Positions 37,171 through 46,935 of a stretch of 64,000 nt of DNA are shown here, piece by piece. Under the pieces are notes generated by a model. The model saw nothing but the letters and a program-made list of their open reading frames with translations. It was not told the DNA's origin and made no database searches. Numbering within the stretch: the first letter of the stretch is position 1; each line of letters opens with the position of its first letter. The translations under genes and the position numbers were made by a program. Source of the stretch: an uncultured Pelagibacteraceae bacterium (lineage in GTDB: Bacteria > Pseudomonadota > Alphaproteobacteria > Pelagibacterales > Pelagibacteraceae); contig CACDKW010000001.1 in NCBI GenBank assembly GCA_902553465.1, positions 6,032-70,031 on the forward strand, written 5' to 3'.

Positions 37171-37871
37171 TAACTTACATTCCAACGATAACCACTTCCA
37201 TATCTAGTTTCTATGGCGGAAAAATTATTATCTACTTTTTTAAATTTTTTCCTTATTCTTTTTACGTGACTATCAATTGTTCTATCTTCAATATCAGTAT
37301 CTTCTCTATAAGCAATATCCATTAATTGTGATCTTTCTTTAATTATGCCAGGTCTTTTTGCAAGTTCTTGGACAATTAAAAACTCTGTTGTTGTAAGTTT
37401 ATCAGGTAACTGCTTTCCATCCCACTCACATTCAAGTTGGGAGGGATCTAATCTTAGTTTGCCGTGATTTATAATATTTTTAGTTTCTTCGATATTACTA
37501 GGATTCCTTTTTCTTAGCTGTAATCTGATTCTTTCAATAAGAACTTTTATTGAAAATCCTCCAGACTTTTTTATAAAATCATCTGCACCTAGTTTTAATC
37601 CTAACAACTCATCTATTTCGTCATCTTTTGAAGTTAAAAAAATTACAGGTAATGAAGTTTTTTTTCTTAATTTTTTTAGTAATTCTTCACCATCCATTTT
37701 AGGCATTTTTATATCTATAACAGCTAAATCAGGAGGTGTTCGTGCAAGACCTATTAAAGCACTTTCACCATCTAAATAAGTTTGAATTTTAAAACCTTCT
37801 TTTTCTAAAGCTATACTTAAACTGGTAAGTATATTTCTATCATCATCAATTAGTGCAATTGTTTCTTTCAT
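37170..37871 (-). CDS. chvI: OmpR-family response regulator ChvI
   Basis: IALIDDDRNILTS, DIKMP.MDG.ELL, LTSKDDEIDE, DRTIDSHVKRIRKKF. Confidence 0.92.
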   Translation of the reverse strand: MKETIALIDDDRNILTSLSIALEKEGFKIQTYLDGESALIGLARTPPDLAVIDIKMPKMDGEELLKKLRKKTSLPVIFLTSKDDEIDELLGLKLGADDFIKKSGGFSIKVLIERIRLQLRKRNPSNIEETKNIINHGKLRLDPSQLECEWDGKQLPDKLTTTEFLIVQELAKRPGIIKERSQLMDIAYREDTDIEDRTIDSHVKRIRKKFKKVDNNFSAIETRYGSGYRWNVS

Positions 37872-37920
37872 AAATTATTTAAAAATACTAAATTGTTCTA
37901 ATTTGGGCAATACTTCAAGA

Positions 37921-40695
37921 TTAATGTAGATCTCCCCAATTATTACCAACATTAATATCAACTAATAGCGGTATTGAAAAAGAGTGTAGATTGCTATTTT
38001 TAACACTAGACATTTCTTCCTGAATAATTTGAGAGTATTTTTTTATGTCATCTTTAGGAGCTTCAAAAATTAATTCGTCATGAATTTGCAATAATATTTT
38101 GCATTTTGATTCTTTAATCTCATCTAATTTTTTACTTATCCTTATCATAGCCATTCTCATTATTTCAGAAGCTGATCCTTGTATAGGTGCATTGATTGCT
38201 GCTCTCTCCTGAAAATTCCTTATATTAAAATTCTTATCATTAATTCCTGTTATGTGAGTTCTTCTTCCAAAAATATTACTTACATATCCACTCTTTCTAC
38301 AAAATTTAATTGTGGATTCCATATAGTCTTTTATTTCTGGAAATTTTAAAAAATACGAATTTAAAAATTCTTCTGCTTCAATATTAGAAACACCAATTTG
38401 TTTTGCTAATCCATATTGTGAAATACCATAAATTATTCCAAAATTTATAGCTTTAGCTTTTCTTCTCATATCAGCATCAACTTTATTTATATTTTTATTA
38501 AAAACTTGACTTGCAGTAAGTGAATGAATGTCTTCTTTATTTTTGAATGCTTTCTTTAACTCTTTAACGTCTGCTAAATCTGCCAAAATTCGCATTTCAA
38601 TCTGATTGTAATCCGCTGAAATTAATTTGTTATTTTTTTCTGCTATAAAGGCCCTTCTAATCTCTTTACCATCTTCAGATTTTATAGGAATATTTTGTAA
38701 GTTTGGATCACTTGAGGCTAATCTACCTGTGGAAGTTGCTGCTAATAAAAATGATGTATGAACCCTTTTTGTTTTAAAGTTTACATGTTCTTGAAGGGAG
38801 TCTGAATAAGTATTTTTTAGTTTTGTTACCTGTCTCCAATCTAAAACTAATTTAGGAAGTTTATGACCTTTAAAAGCAAGATCCTCTAATACCTGCGCAC
38901 TAGTAGCATAGCTACCTTTTTTTGTTTTTTTTAATGATGAAATTTTCATTTCATTATACATTACTTCTCCAAGCTGTTTGGTAGAACCAATTTTAAATTC
39001 TTTTTTTGCAACTTTGTAAATTTCTTTTTCTAAATTGCTAATTTTTTTTTCAAATTTATTTGAAAGAAGCTGAAGAAATTTTTGATCTACTTTAACACCA
39101 CAAATTTCCATTAATGCCAAGATTTTTATTAATGGCTTTTCAAAAATTTCATAGATATTGAGCAATTTTTCTAATTTTATATTTTTAGAAAAAATTTTGT
39201 ATAATCTGAAAGTTATATCTGCATCTTCAGCGGCATAATCTTTAGCTTTATCAATCTTTACTTCACTAAAATTAATCTGCTTTTTTCCAGTTCCTACAAG
39301 ATCTTTGAAAGCTATAGTTTTATGATCTAGGTGAATTTCTGAAAGTACATCCATATTATGCCTATTTTTTCCTGCATCTAAAACGTAAGACATCAGCATC
39401 GTATCTTCTATTGTATTCATATTTATTCCTCTATGATAAAAAATTATATAATCAAATTTAATATTTTGACCAATCTTCTTAATACTTTTATCTTCCAAAA
39501 CTGACTTGATTTTTTTTATAACTTTTTTTTCGTCAAGATTTTTGCCTTCGGTATGCCCTATTGGTATGTAGCAAGCCCTACCAATTTTTGTTGAGAAAGA
39601 TATACCAACTAGCTTTGCTTGATGAGGATCTAAAGAATTAGTCTCAGTATCAACAGCAATCTCACCATTTTCCTCTGCTTCATTTAGCCATTTATCTATA
39701 TCTTCTTCTTTTTCTATTAGCTCATAATTTTTGTTAGAAATTTTATAATCTTTTTCTTCCTTATCAAAATCTTTTGTCTTATTTGAAAATTCTATTTCAC
39801 CATAAGTTGAAATAGCAGAGCTCAATAATCTATTAAACTCCATCTCCCTAAGAAAACTATATAATTTGTTCTTGTCTATTTCTTTTAGCTGAAATTCTGA
39901 AATTTTATTTTTAATTGGCACATCTTTTTTAAGTGTAACTAATTTTTTACTAACAATTGCTTTGTCTTTATTTTGAATTAAAGTTTCTCTTCTTTTATTT
40001 TGTTTTATCTTATCTGCATTTTTTAATAAATTTTCTAAGTTTCCGTATTGATTAATTAATTCTGCAGCAGTTTTTATCCCTATTCCGGGAACTCCTGGAA
40101 CATTATCACTACTGTCTCCTGCTAAAGCTTGTACATCAATTACTTTATCTGGATTTACTCCAAATTTGTTATTTACATCTTCATTTGAAATAAACTTATT
40201 TTTCATTGGATCATAAATTCGAATATTTTTCTTGTATAGCTGCATTAAATCTTTATCAGATGAAACAATTGTTGCTTTTGCCCCTTCTTTTAAAATTTGT
40301 TCTACATAGGTCGCAATAAGGTCGTCGGCCTCATAATTAATTAATTCAATTGACGGTAAATTAAATGCTTTTACTGATTTTCTAATAAATTCAAATTGAG
40401 GTATAAGGTCATCTGGTGCATCAGATCTATTTGCCTTATAATCAGAATATATTTCATTTCTAAAATTTTTTCTTGCTGAGTCAAAAATTACTGCAAAATG
40501 AGTTGGCTTATGTTTGTTATCATTAGATTTGGAGTCTTCTAACAACTTAAATAACATACTACAAAATCCACTTACAGCACCAGTAGGCATTCCATCGCTT
40601 TTTCTAGAAAGCGGAGGAAGAGCATAGTAAGCTCTAAATATATATCCCGAACCATCAATAAGATAAAAGTGATCTGTGTTTTTTATTTTATTCAT
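37921..40695 (-). CDS. polA: DNA polymerase I
   Basis: 5'-3' exo LIDGS.YIFRAY; 3'-5' exo DTET; polymerase DYNQIE, KAINFGIIYG, QIHDE. Confidence 0.97.
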   Translation of the reverse strand: MNKIKNTDHFYLIDGSGYIFRAYYALPPLSRKSDGMPTGAVSGFCSMLFKLLEDSKSNDNKHKPTHFAVIFDSARKNFRNEIYSDYKANRSDAPDDLIPQFEFIRKSVKAFNLPSIELINYEADDLIATYVEQILKEGAKATIVSSDKDLMQLYKKNIRIYDPMKNKFISNEDVNNKFGVNPDKVIDVQALAGDSSDNVPGVPGIGIKTAAELINQYGNLENLLKNADKIKQNKRRETLIQNKDKAIVSKKLVTLKKDVPIKNKISEFQLKEIDKNKLYSFLREMEFNRLLSSAISTYGEIEFSNKTKDFDKEEKDYKISNKNYELIEKEEDIDKWLNEAEENGEIAVDTETNSLDPHQAKLVGISFSTKIGRACYIPIGHTEGKNLDEKKVIKKIKSVLEDKSIKKIGQNIKFDYIIFYHRGINMNTIEDTMLMSYVLDAGKNRHNMDVLSEIHLDHKTIAFKDLVGTGKKQINFSEVKIDKAKDYAAEDADITFRLYKIFSKNIKLEKLLNIYEIFEKPLIKILALMEICGVKVDQKFLQLLSNKFEKKISNLEKEIYKVAKKEFKIGSTKQLGEVMYNEMKISSLKKTKKGSYATSAQVLEDLAFKGHKLPKLVLDWRQVTKLKNTYSDSLQEHVNFKTKRVHTSFLLAATSTGRLASSDPNLQNIPIKSEDGKEIRRAFIAEKNNKLISADYNQIEMRILADLADVKELKKAFKNKEDIHSLTASQVFNKNINKVDADMRRKAKAINFGIIYGISQYGLAKQIGVSNIEAEEFLNSYFLKFPEIKDYMESTIKFCRKSGYVSNIFGRRTHITGINDKNFNIRNFQERAAINAPIQGSASEIMRMAMIRISKKLDEIKESKCKILLQIHDELIFEAPKDDIKKYSQIIQEEMSSVKNSNLHSFSIPLLVDINVGNNWGDLH

Positions 40696-40745
40696 AAAAT
40701 AATGTTATATTAATTTATGCTAATGTTATAAATGTATAACGATCA

Positions 40746-41675
40746 ATGAACAAAAAAAACGTTTTATATATAAAAGATTTAAACAAAATTTATTCAAAGA
40801 ATAGTTCAAAATCAGTACATGCTATTAAGAATTTAAACTTAGAAGTGAATGAAGGAGAGATATTTGGTCTATTGGGTCCAAATGGTGCTGGTAAAAGTAC
40901 ATTTATAAATATATTAGCTGGCACTACAATAAAGACCTCAGGCAAAGTAAACGTTTGGGGTTTTGATTTGGATATTAATCCTAGACAAGTAAGAGCTTCG
41001 ATTGGAATTGTGCCTCAAGAAATAAACGTAGATCCATTTTTCACTCCATGGAGTATTTTGGAACTTCAGGCAGGGATGTATGGAATTAAAAAAAAAGATA
41101 GAATTACTGAAACTATTTTAAAATTAGTTTCATTGGAAAAACAATCTAAAAGCTATACCAGGGCAATGTCTGGAGGAATGAAAAGACGTTTGCTAGTAGC
41201 AAAAGCGCTTGTACATAGACCTCCAATAGTGATTTTAGATGAACCAACGGCAAGTGTTGATGTAGAACTAAGAAATAAACTTTGGGACAATGTAAAACAG
41301 CTTAATAAGCAAGGCGTCACAATAATTTTAACTACTCATTATTTAAATGAAGCAGAACAAATGTGTGATCGAATTGGAATTTTGAACAAAGGTAATTTAG
41401 TTGCTTTAGATACTACTAAAAACTTATTAAAGAAAATTCAAACAAAAATTGTTAAATTTTTAGTTGATAAAAAAGTCGACATTAGTAATGACAGTTTAAA
41501 ATCTATAAATATTTTATCAAATGAAAAAAATGAACTTGTTGTTTCTTATGAAAAAAGCTCACTAAATATTATTGAAATAATTAAGTTTTTGAATGATCAT
41601 AATATAAAAATATTAGATATCTCAACAGATGATGGAGATTTAGAAGATGTTTTTATAAGATTAACAAAAAACTAG
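40746..41675 (+). CDS. ABC transporter ATP-binding protein (YadG-like)
   Basis: GPNGAGKS, MSGGMKRR, LDEPT, TTHY. Confidence 0.9.
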   Translation: MNKKNVLYIKDLNKIYSKNSSKSVHAIKNLNLEVNEGEIFGLLGPNGAGKSTFINILAGTTIKTSGKVNVWGFDLDINPRQVRASIGIVPQEINVDPFFTPWSILELQAGMYGIKKKDRITETILKLVSLEKQSKSYTRAMSGGMKRRLLVAKALVHRPPIVILDEPTASVDVELRNKLWDNVKQLNKQGVTIILTTHYLNEAEQMCDRIGILNKGNLVALDTTKNLLKKIQTKIVKFLVDKKVDISNDSLKSINILSNEKNELVVSYEKSSLNIIEIIKFLNDHNIKILDISTDDGDLEDVFIRLTKN

Positions 41676-41707
41676 ATAAATTAGCTTAAGAGTAGTAAAG
41701 TAAAATT

Positions 41708-42256
41708 ATGGAAGTTGTTAAATCTCAAAATTTAAGAGTATTAAAATATATATTAGTAATATTTTTAGGTTCTGTTCTTTTAACTATATCATCAAAAATA
41801 AAAATTCCGTTTTATCCAGTTCCAATGACAATGCAAACTTTTGTGGTACTTTTTTTAGGAATGTCTTTTGGGTATAAAATTGGTTTAGCAACTGTTGGCC
41901 TATACTTGATAGAGGGAATTGTTGGATTGCCAGTTTTTTCAAATTCTCCAGAAAAAGGTGTTGGCATTATTTATTTTACTGGTCCGACCATGGGATACTT
42001 GATTGGTTTTTTATTTGCAACTTTTCTGGCTGGATATTTTAATTTTAAACAAAACATTTTAATTATTTTTTTTAAATTATTGATTTCTGTTTCGACAATT
42101 TATTTATTAGGAATTTTTTGGCTGGGAAATTTAATAGGCTGGGATAAACCAATAATACAACTAGGTGTAACTCCCTTCTTGTTAGCTGAACTATTCAAAA
42201 TTTCTATCTTAACTTTGTTAGCTAAAAATATTTTAAAATTAAGAAAATTTATTTAG
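41708..42256 (+). CDS. bioY: biotin transporter BioY
   Basis: PVPMTMQTF, YL..G..GLPVF, GPT.GYL.GF. Confidence 0.92.
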   Translation: MEVVKSQNLRVLKYILVIFLGSVLLTISSKIKIPFYPVPMTMQTFVVLFLGMSFGYKIGLATVGLYLIEGIVGLPVFSNSPEKGVGIIYFTGPTMGYLIGFLFATFLAGYFNFKQNILIIFFKLLISVSTIYLLGIFWLGNLIGWDKPIIQLGVTPFLLAELFKISILTLLAKNILKLRKFI

Positions 42257-42812
42257 GGGATCTTTTAGAAAGAATTCTTTGTAGAGTTCTTCTATGCATT
42301 TTAAGTCTTCTAGCAGTTTCTGAAACGTTTCTATTACAAAGTTCAAAAACTCGATGAATATGTTCCCATTTCACTCTATCTGCCGACATTGGATTTTCTG
42401 GTGGCGCAGCTTTTTGATTAGGATCAGCTAATAACGCCCTTTCAACATCATCTGCATCAGCAGGTTTTGCTAAATAATCTATTGCACCTTGTTTAATCGC
42501 TGCAACTGCTGTTGGAATATTTCCATAGCCTGTCAACATTACAACTCTACTATTTGAATTAGTTTTTTGTATTTCCTTTACAACCTCTAGTCCATTCCCG
42601 TCAACTAACCTTAAATCAACAACTGCAAATGAGGGATTTTGTGTCTTAACAGAATCTATGCCTTTTTTTACACCTTCGGCTTGAAAAACCTGAAATCCTT
42701 TTTTTTCCATTGCTCTGGCTAATCTTTCTCTAAATGGATTATCATCATCAACTATAAGTAGAGATTTATCTTCAAATTGAGCAATGTTTTTAATATTTTC
42801 TGTGATCTTCAT
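42249..42812 (-). CDS. regA: RegA/PrrA/ActR redox response regulator
   Basis: LTGYGNIPTAV.A, PPENPMSADRVKWEHI, NVSETARRL.MHRRTLQRIL.KR. Confidence 0.95.
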   Translation of the reverse strand: MKITENIKNIAQFEDKSLLIVDDDNPFRERLARAMEKKGFQVFQAEGVKKGIDSVKTQNPSFAVVDLRLVDGNGLEVVKEIQKTNSNSRVVMLTGYGNIPTAVAAIKQGAIDYLAKPADADDVERALLADPNQKAAPPENPMSADRVKWEHIHRVFELCNRNVSETARRLKMHRRTLQRILSKRSPK

Positions 42813-42881
42813 GGGTTAGATATGGCTACTAATAAATATATTTCAATAGCATTATTTGCTTTACTTTAGTGATCATATCCC

Positions 42882-42930
42882 ATAAATGCTGAATTTATAA
42901 ACATGCATAGCTGATATGCATCTTTTTTTT
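42882..42930 (+). promoter_or_regulatory. tandem hairpins with identical GCUGA loops followed by a U-tract (candidate cis-regulatory RNA)
   Basis: ATAAAT-GCTGA-ATTTAT (42882-42898); ATGCATA-GCTGA-TATGCAT (42903-42921); T8 at 42923-42930. Confidence 0.45.
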
Positions 42931-42955
42931 GTTAAATTTTTTTTGTGGAGCTTAT

Positions 42956-44134
42956 ATGCAAAAATTTAAAACAGTTGAGGAATTAGTAAATCAACTGCAA
43001 CCAAACGAGCCAGTATATTGTATAAGAAAAAAATCTATACAATTGGCTTCGAAATTTTTTAAAAATAAATTTCCTGGAAAAGTTTTATACGCGGTAAAAA
43101 CAAATCCTAATCCAATAGTTTTGAAGACAATAATTGATAGTGGAATTGAAAATTTTGATGTGGCATCAATTAATGAAATTAAAACAATTAGAAATTTAAA
43201 TAAATCGGTTAAGTGCTCTTATATGCATACTGTCAAAAGTAGAGAGAGTATTAAAGATGCTTATTTTAAATATGGAGTAAAAACTTTCTCATTAGACTCT
43301 AAAGATGAATTAATCAAAATTATTGAAAGTACTAATCAAGCAAAAGATCTTGAATTATTTGTTAGAGTTGCAGTTTCAAATGAACATGCCGAAATTGATT
43401 TGTCAAAAAAATTTGGAGCTCTAACATCGGAAGCAATGGGATTACTAAGACTAACAAAACAATATGCTAAAAAAATAGGATTAAGTTTTCATGTAGGTTC
43501 ACAATGTATGCATCCTATATCTTACTCTAAAGGAATAGAAGAAATTGGTAATATAATCAAACGTACAAAAATAACTCCTGACTTCATTAATGTTGGTGGT
43601 GGTTTTCCTACAATTTATCCTGATTTAGTGCCTCAATCTATTCAAAGTTATTTTGATGAAATTAAAAATGCTTTAGCAAATTTAAAATTAAATAAACTAC
43701 CTGAAGTGATCTGTGAACCAGGTAGAGCAATTGTTGCAGAAAGTGGATCTACAATTGTAAGAGTCAACCTGAGAAAAAAAGAAAAACTTTATATAAATGA
43801 TGGAACGTATGGAAGTCTATTTGATGCAGGATTTCCAAATATTGTTTATCCTTCAAAATTAATTACAAACGGTAGAATTATTTCAAAAAAATTAACTGCT
43901 TTTGATTTTTATGGTCCGACTTGTGATAGTATGGACTATATGAAAGGACCATTTATTCTACCAAATAATGTTAAAGAAAACGACTATATTGAACTTGGAC
44001 AACTTGGTGCATATGGTTTAACATTTAGAACAGATTTTAATGGACTTTATTCAAATAAAATATTCGAAGTAGAAGATAATCCAATAATGACAATGTATAA
44101 CAAAGAAATTGAAAAACAATTTCTTGTTGCCTAA
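42956..44134 (+). CDS. alanine-racemase-fold (type III PLP) ornithine/lysine/arginine decarboxylase; start at ATG 42956
   Basis: YAVKTN (PLP Lys), FDVAS, KFG, SFHVGSQ, GGGF, EPGR, GPTCDS.D; SD GGAG. Confidence 0.9.
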   Translation: MQKFKTVEELVNQLQPNEPVYCIRKKSIQLASKFFKNKFPGKVLYAVKTNPNPIVLKTIIDSGIENFDVASINEIKTIRNLNKSVKCSYMHTVKSRESIKDAYFKYGVKTFSLDSKDELIKIIESTNQAKDLELFVRVAVSNEHAEIDLSKKFGALTSEAMGLLRLTKQYAKKIGLSFHVGSQCMHPISYSKGIEEIGNIIKRTKITPDFINVGGGFPTIYPDLVPQSIQSYFDEIKNALANLKLNKLPEVICEPGRAIVAESGSTIVRVNLRKKEKLYINDGTYGSLFDAGFPNIVYPSKLITNGRIISKKLTAFDFYGPTCDSMDYMKGPFILPNNVKENDYIELGQLGAYGLTFRTDFNGLYSNKIFEVEDNPIMTMYNKEIEKQFLVA

Positions 44135-45178
44135 ATGTCAGATAAAAAGAATTTAGGACATAATAGCAAAAAAGATTTTCTAAACTCACCAGTTGAACAC
44201 ATAGATATAACCTCGTTTGATGCAAGAAAGATTATTGCATCAATGAAAAAAATGTCTTTTGTTTCCAGAGAAACCGCAAATGCAGCTAATATATTTAATG
44301 AAATGATTAAAGATAGAGATTGTACAATTTTTTTAACATTGGCTGGATCTACTTCTGCTGCGGGATGTATGCATATTTATAGAGATATGATAAAATATAA
44401 TATGGTTGATGCAATTGTAGCAACTGGAGCATCAATTATTGATATGGATTTCTTTGAGGCTCTTGGATTTAAACATTATCAAGGCTCTCAATTTCAAGAT
44501 GATACTGAATTACGTAAAAATTATATTGATAGAATATATGATACTTATATCGATGAAGATGAGCTTCAGATGTGTGATAAAGCAATATGTGAAATAGCGG
44601 ATAAGCTAGAACCAAGAAGCTACACGTCTAGAGAGTTTATTAATGAAATTGGAAAATACTTAAAAAATAATGCAAAAAAGAAAGGTTCATTAATAGAAAC
44701 TGCTCATGAAAATAATGTTCCAATTTTTTGCCCAGCTTTTACAGATTCGAGTGCTGGATTTGGTTTAGTAATGCACCAAGAAAAAAATCCAAATAAACAT
44801 ATCACAATAGATGCAATTAGAGAATTTCGTGAATTAACTGAAATCAAAATTAGATCAAAAGGATCTGGTTTATTTATGATTGGTGGAGGTGTTCCAAAAA
44901 ATTTTATTCAAGATACAGTTATTTGTGCTGAACTTTTGGGAAAAGAAGTAGATATGCACAAGTATGCTGTTCAAATAACAGTTGCTGATTCAAGGGATGG
45001 TGCATGTAGTAGTTCTACTTTGAAAGAAGCAAGTTCATGGGGCAAGGTTGATGTTACAAAAGAACAAATGGTTTTTGCTGAGGCAACCAGTGTTCTTCCT
45101 TTAATTGCAAGTGATGCTTATCACAATGGTGATTGGAAGAATAGAACGAGAAAAAATTTTTCAAAAATATTTGGATAA
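44135..45178 (+). CDS. deoxyhypusine synthase-like protein (SpeY/homospermidine pathway type)
   Basis: IDRIYD, PAF.DSS.G, GGGVPKNF, DGACSS.T..EA.SWGK with catalytic Lys, EAT...PL. Confidence 0.88.
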   Translation: MSDKKNLGHNSKKDFLNSPVEHIDITSFDARKIIASMKKMSFVSRETANAANIFNEMIKDRDCTIFLTLAGSTSAAGCMHIYRDMIKYNMVDAIVATGASIIDMDFFEALGFKHYQGSQFQDDTELRKNYIDRIYDTYIDEDELQMCDKAICEIADKLEPRSYTSREFINEIGKYLKNNAKKKGSLIETAHENNVPIFCPAFTDSSAGFGLVMHQEKNPNKHITIDAIREFRELTEIKIRSKGSGLFMIGGGVPKNFIQDTVICAELLGKEVDMHKYAVQITVADSRDGACSSSTLKEASSWGKVDVTKEQMVFAEATSVLPLIASDAYHNGDWKNRTRKNFSKIFG

Positions 45179-45181
45179 AAA

Positions 45182-46060
45182 TTGAAGTTCTTATCAAACA
45201 AAAAGGGTTTTCTTGGAATTGACAATAAGTTTAATATCAAAGAAAAAGCAATAATTGTTCCATTTGGTCTAGAAAAAACCGTTAGTTATGGAGGTGGAAC
45301 AAAAAATGGTCCTAGAGAAATCATTAAAGCTTCACATCAAGTTGAATTATACGATGAAGAGTTAAACTGTGAACCTTATAAAAAAATAGGTATCAAAACA
45401 TTAAAACCATTCAAAATAGATAAAAATATAAATAAGGCATTAAATAAAATGTCAAAAATAAACGAAGATATTTTAAATAAAAAAATTTTTCCATTAACTC
45501 TTGGAGGTGAACACTCAATAACACCTGGTTGTATAGCTCCTTTTACAAAAAAATATAAAAAATTATGTTTATTACACTTTGATGCGCACGCTGATTTAAG
45601 AGAAAGTTATAATGGAGAAAGATTTTCACATGCCTCAGCAATAAGGAGATGTTTGGATTACAAAAATGTTTCATTGATTTCTTTTGGCATTAGAAATATA
45701 TCCCAAAGTGAAATCCCTTATTTAAAAAAAAATTCCTCAAGAATTAATATTTTTTGGGCAAAAGATAAGAAGAAATGGAATTTAAATAAATTTAAAAAAA
45801 TGATTAAAAATAAAACAGTTTATTTAACTTTTGATGTTGATGGATTTGATTCAAGTATCATGCCTGCAACTGGTACGCCCGAGCCTGGTGGAGTTTTTTG
45901 GGATGAAACTTTAGAAATAATAAAAATAGCTATGAAAAATTCAAATATTGTTGGTGCAGATATAAATGAACTTGCTCCAATAAAAGGTTTTAATTCATAC
46001 AACTTTTTAGTGGCTAAATTAGCTTATAAAATTTTATCCTATAAATTTTTATATAAATAA
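45182..46060 (+). CDS. speB: agmatinase-family ureohydrolase
   Basis: GGEHS, DAHAD, SHA, DVDGFD...MPATGTPEPGG; TTG start. Confidence 0.88.
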   Translation: MKFLSNKKGFLGIDNKFNIKEKAIIVPFGLEKTVSYGGGTKNGPREIIKASHQVELYDEELNCEPYKKIGIKTLKPFKIDKNINKALNKMSKINEDILNKKIFPLTLGGEHSITPGCIAPFTKKYKKLCLLHFDAHADLRESYNGERFSHASAIRRCLDYKNVSLISFGIRNISQSEIPYLKKNSSRINIFWAKDKKKWNLNKFKKMIKNKTVYLTFDVDGFDSSIMPATGTPEPGGVFWDETLEIIKIAMKNSNIVGADINELAPIKGFNSYNFLVAKLAYKILSYKFLYK

Positions 46061-46062
46061 TT

Positions 46063-46611
46063 TTAAACTGCTTTAACTCTTCCCAGTAATAATCTAAATG
46101 GAATTAGCATTGCTAATGCAACAAAAATTTTAACTGCTAAATCTCCTAGAGACAGAGTAAACCAAGGTATTCCAGTTGCATAAAAAGATATTGAAAAGAA
46201 TAAAAAAGTATCAACAGTAGACCCAATTAAAGATGATGTTAGAGGTGCTACAAACCATTTTTTTCTTCTTAGCTGATCAAAAATTTGAACATCAAGCAAT
46301 TGAGCAACTATAAAAGCTGTACCTGAACCAATTGCAATTCTTATTGAAATTAAATCTGCAAAATTCGTAGAAAATAAAAGTGTAAAACAAATACCAAATG
46401 CAAAACCTATGTATACAATTTTTCTAGCAGCTATTTTACCATAAAATCTATTTGCAAGATCAGTAATTAAAAAAGCTACAGGATAACTAAATGCTCCATA
46501 GGTTAATATTTCATTTAAACCAAAATAATTTATTGGAAACTGAACTAAATAATTTGATGTTAAAACAACCACTCCCATTAAAAATGAAAGTGTTATAAAT
46601 ACTCTATTCAT
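46063..46611 (-). CDS. queuosine precursor transporter (YhhQ/VUT family)
   Basis: SN.LV, YP..FL.TD, R...GS..AF...QL.DV.IF, S..GS.VDT.LF. Confidence 0.85.
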   Translation of the reverse strand: MNRVFITLSFLMGVVVLTSNYLVQFPINYFGLNEILTYGAFSYPVAFLITDLANRFYGKIAARKIVYIGFAFGICFTLLFSTNFADLISIRIAIGSGTAFIVAQLLDVQIFDQLRRKKWFVAPLTSSLIGSTVDTFLFFSISFYATGIPWFTLSLGDLAVKIFVALAMLIPFRLLLGRVKAV

Positions 46612-46892
46612 TAAGCAGATTTACTAAGTAATGATTTTTTTAATTTTTTTAACCTGAAAGATAAATTTTTAGATTTAGCACTTTTAATAAATTGGTCAAA
46701 ACTACCTTTTTTATCTACTGACCTAACACCGGCATTAGACACTGTTAATTTTAAACTTTTATTTAAAATCAAACTTCTAAATTTTACTTTTTTAAGATTA
46801 GGTAGGAATCTTCTTTTCGTCTTATTATTAGCATGGCTAACTTTGTGACCCTTAAGAGGAATTCTTCCAGTAAGTTCGCATTTTTTTGACAT
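46611..46892 (-). CDS. rpmB: 50S ribosomal protein bL28
   Basis: MSKKCELTG..GHKVSHANNKTKRRFLPNL. Confidence 0.96.
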   Translation of the reverse strand: MSKKCELTGRIPLKGHKVSHANNKTKRRFLPNLKKVKFRSLILNKSLKLTVSNAGVRSVDKKGSFDQFIKSAKSKNLSFRLKKLKKSLLSKSA

Positions 46893-46935
46893 AAAATTTA
46901 TGATTGTATAAGTGTTATGAAGTTGCCCGTCAAGT

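Noticed and set aside
40746-42256. ABC ATPase next to bioY as a BioMNY/ECF module
   Set aside because: ATPase is YadG/ABC-2 exporter type and no BioN/EcfT is present; solitary BioY is common
45182-46060. Ureohydrolase as a guanidinase under a guanidine-II riboswitch
   Set aside because: Canonical agmatinase metal motifs, no Ni-chaperone genes nearby, and leader loops are GCUGA rather than ACGR
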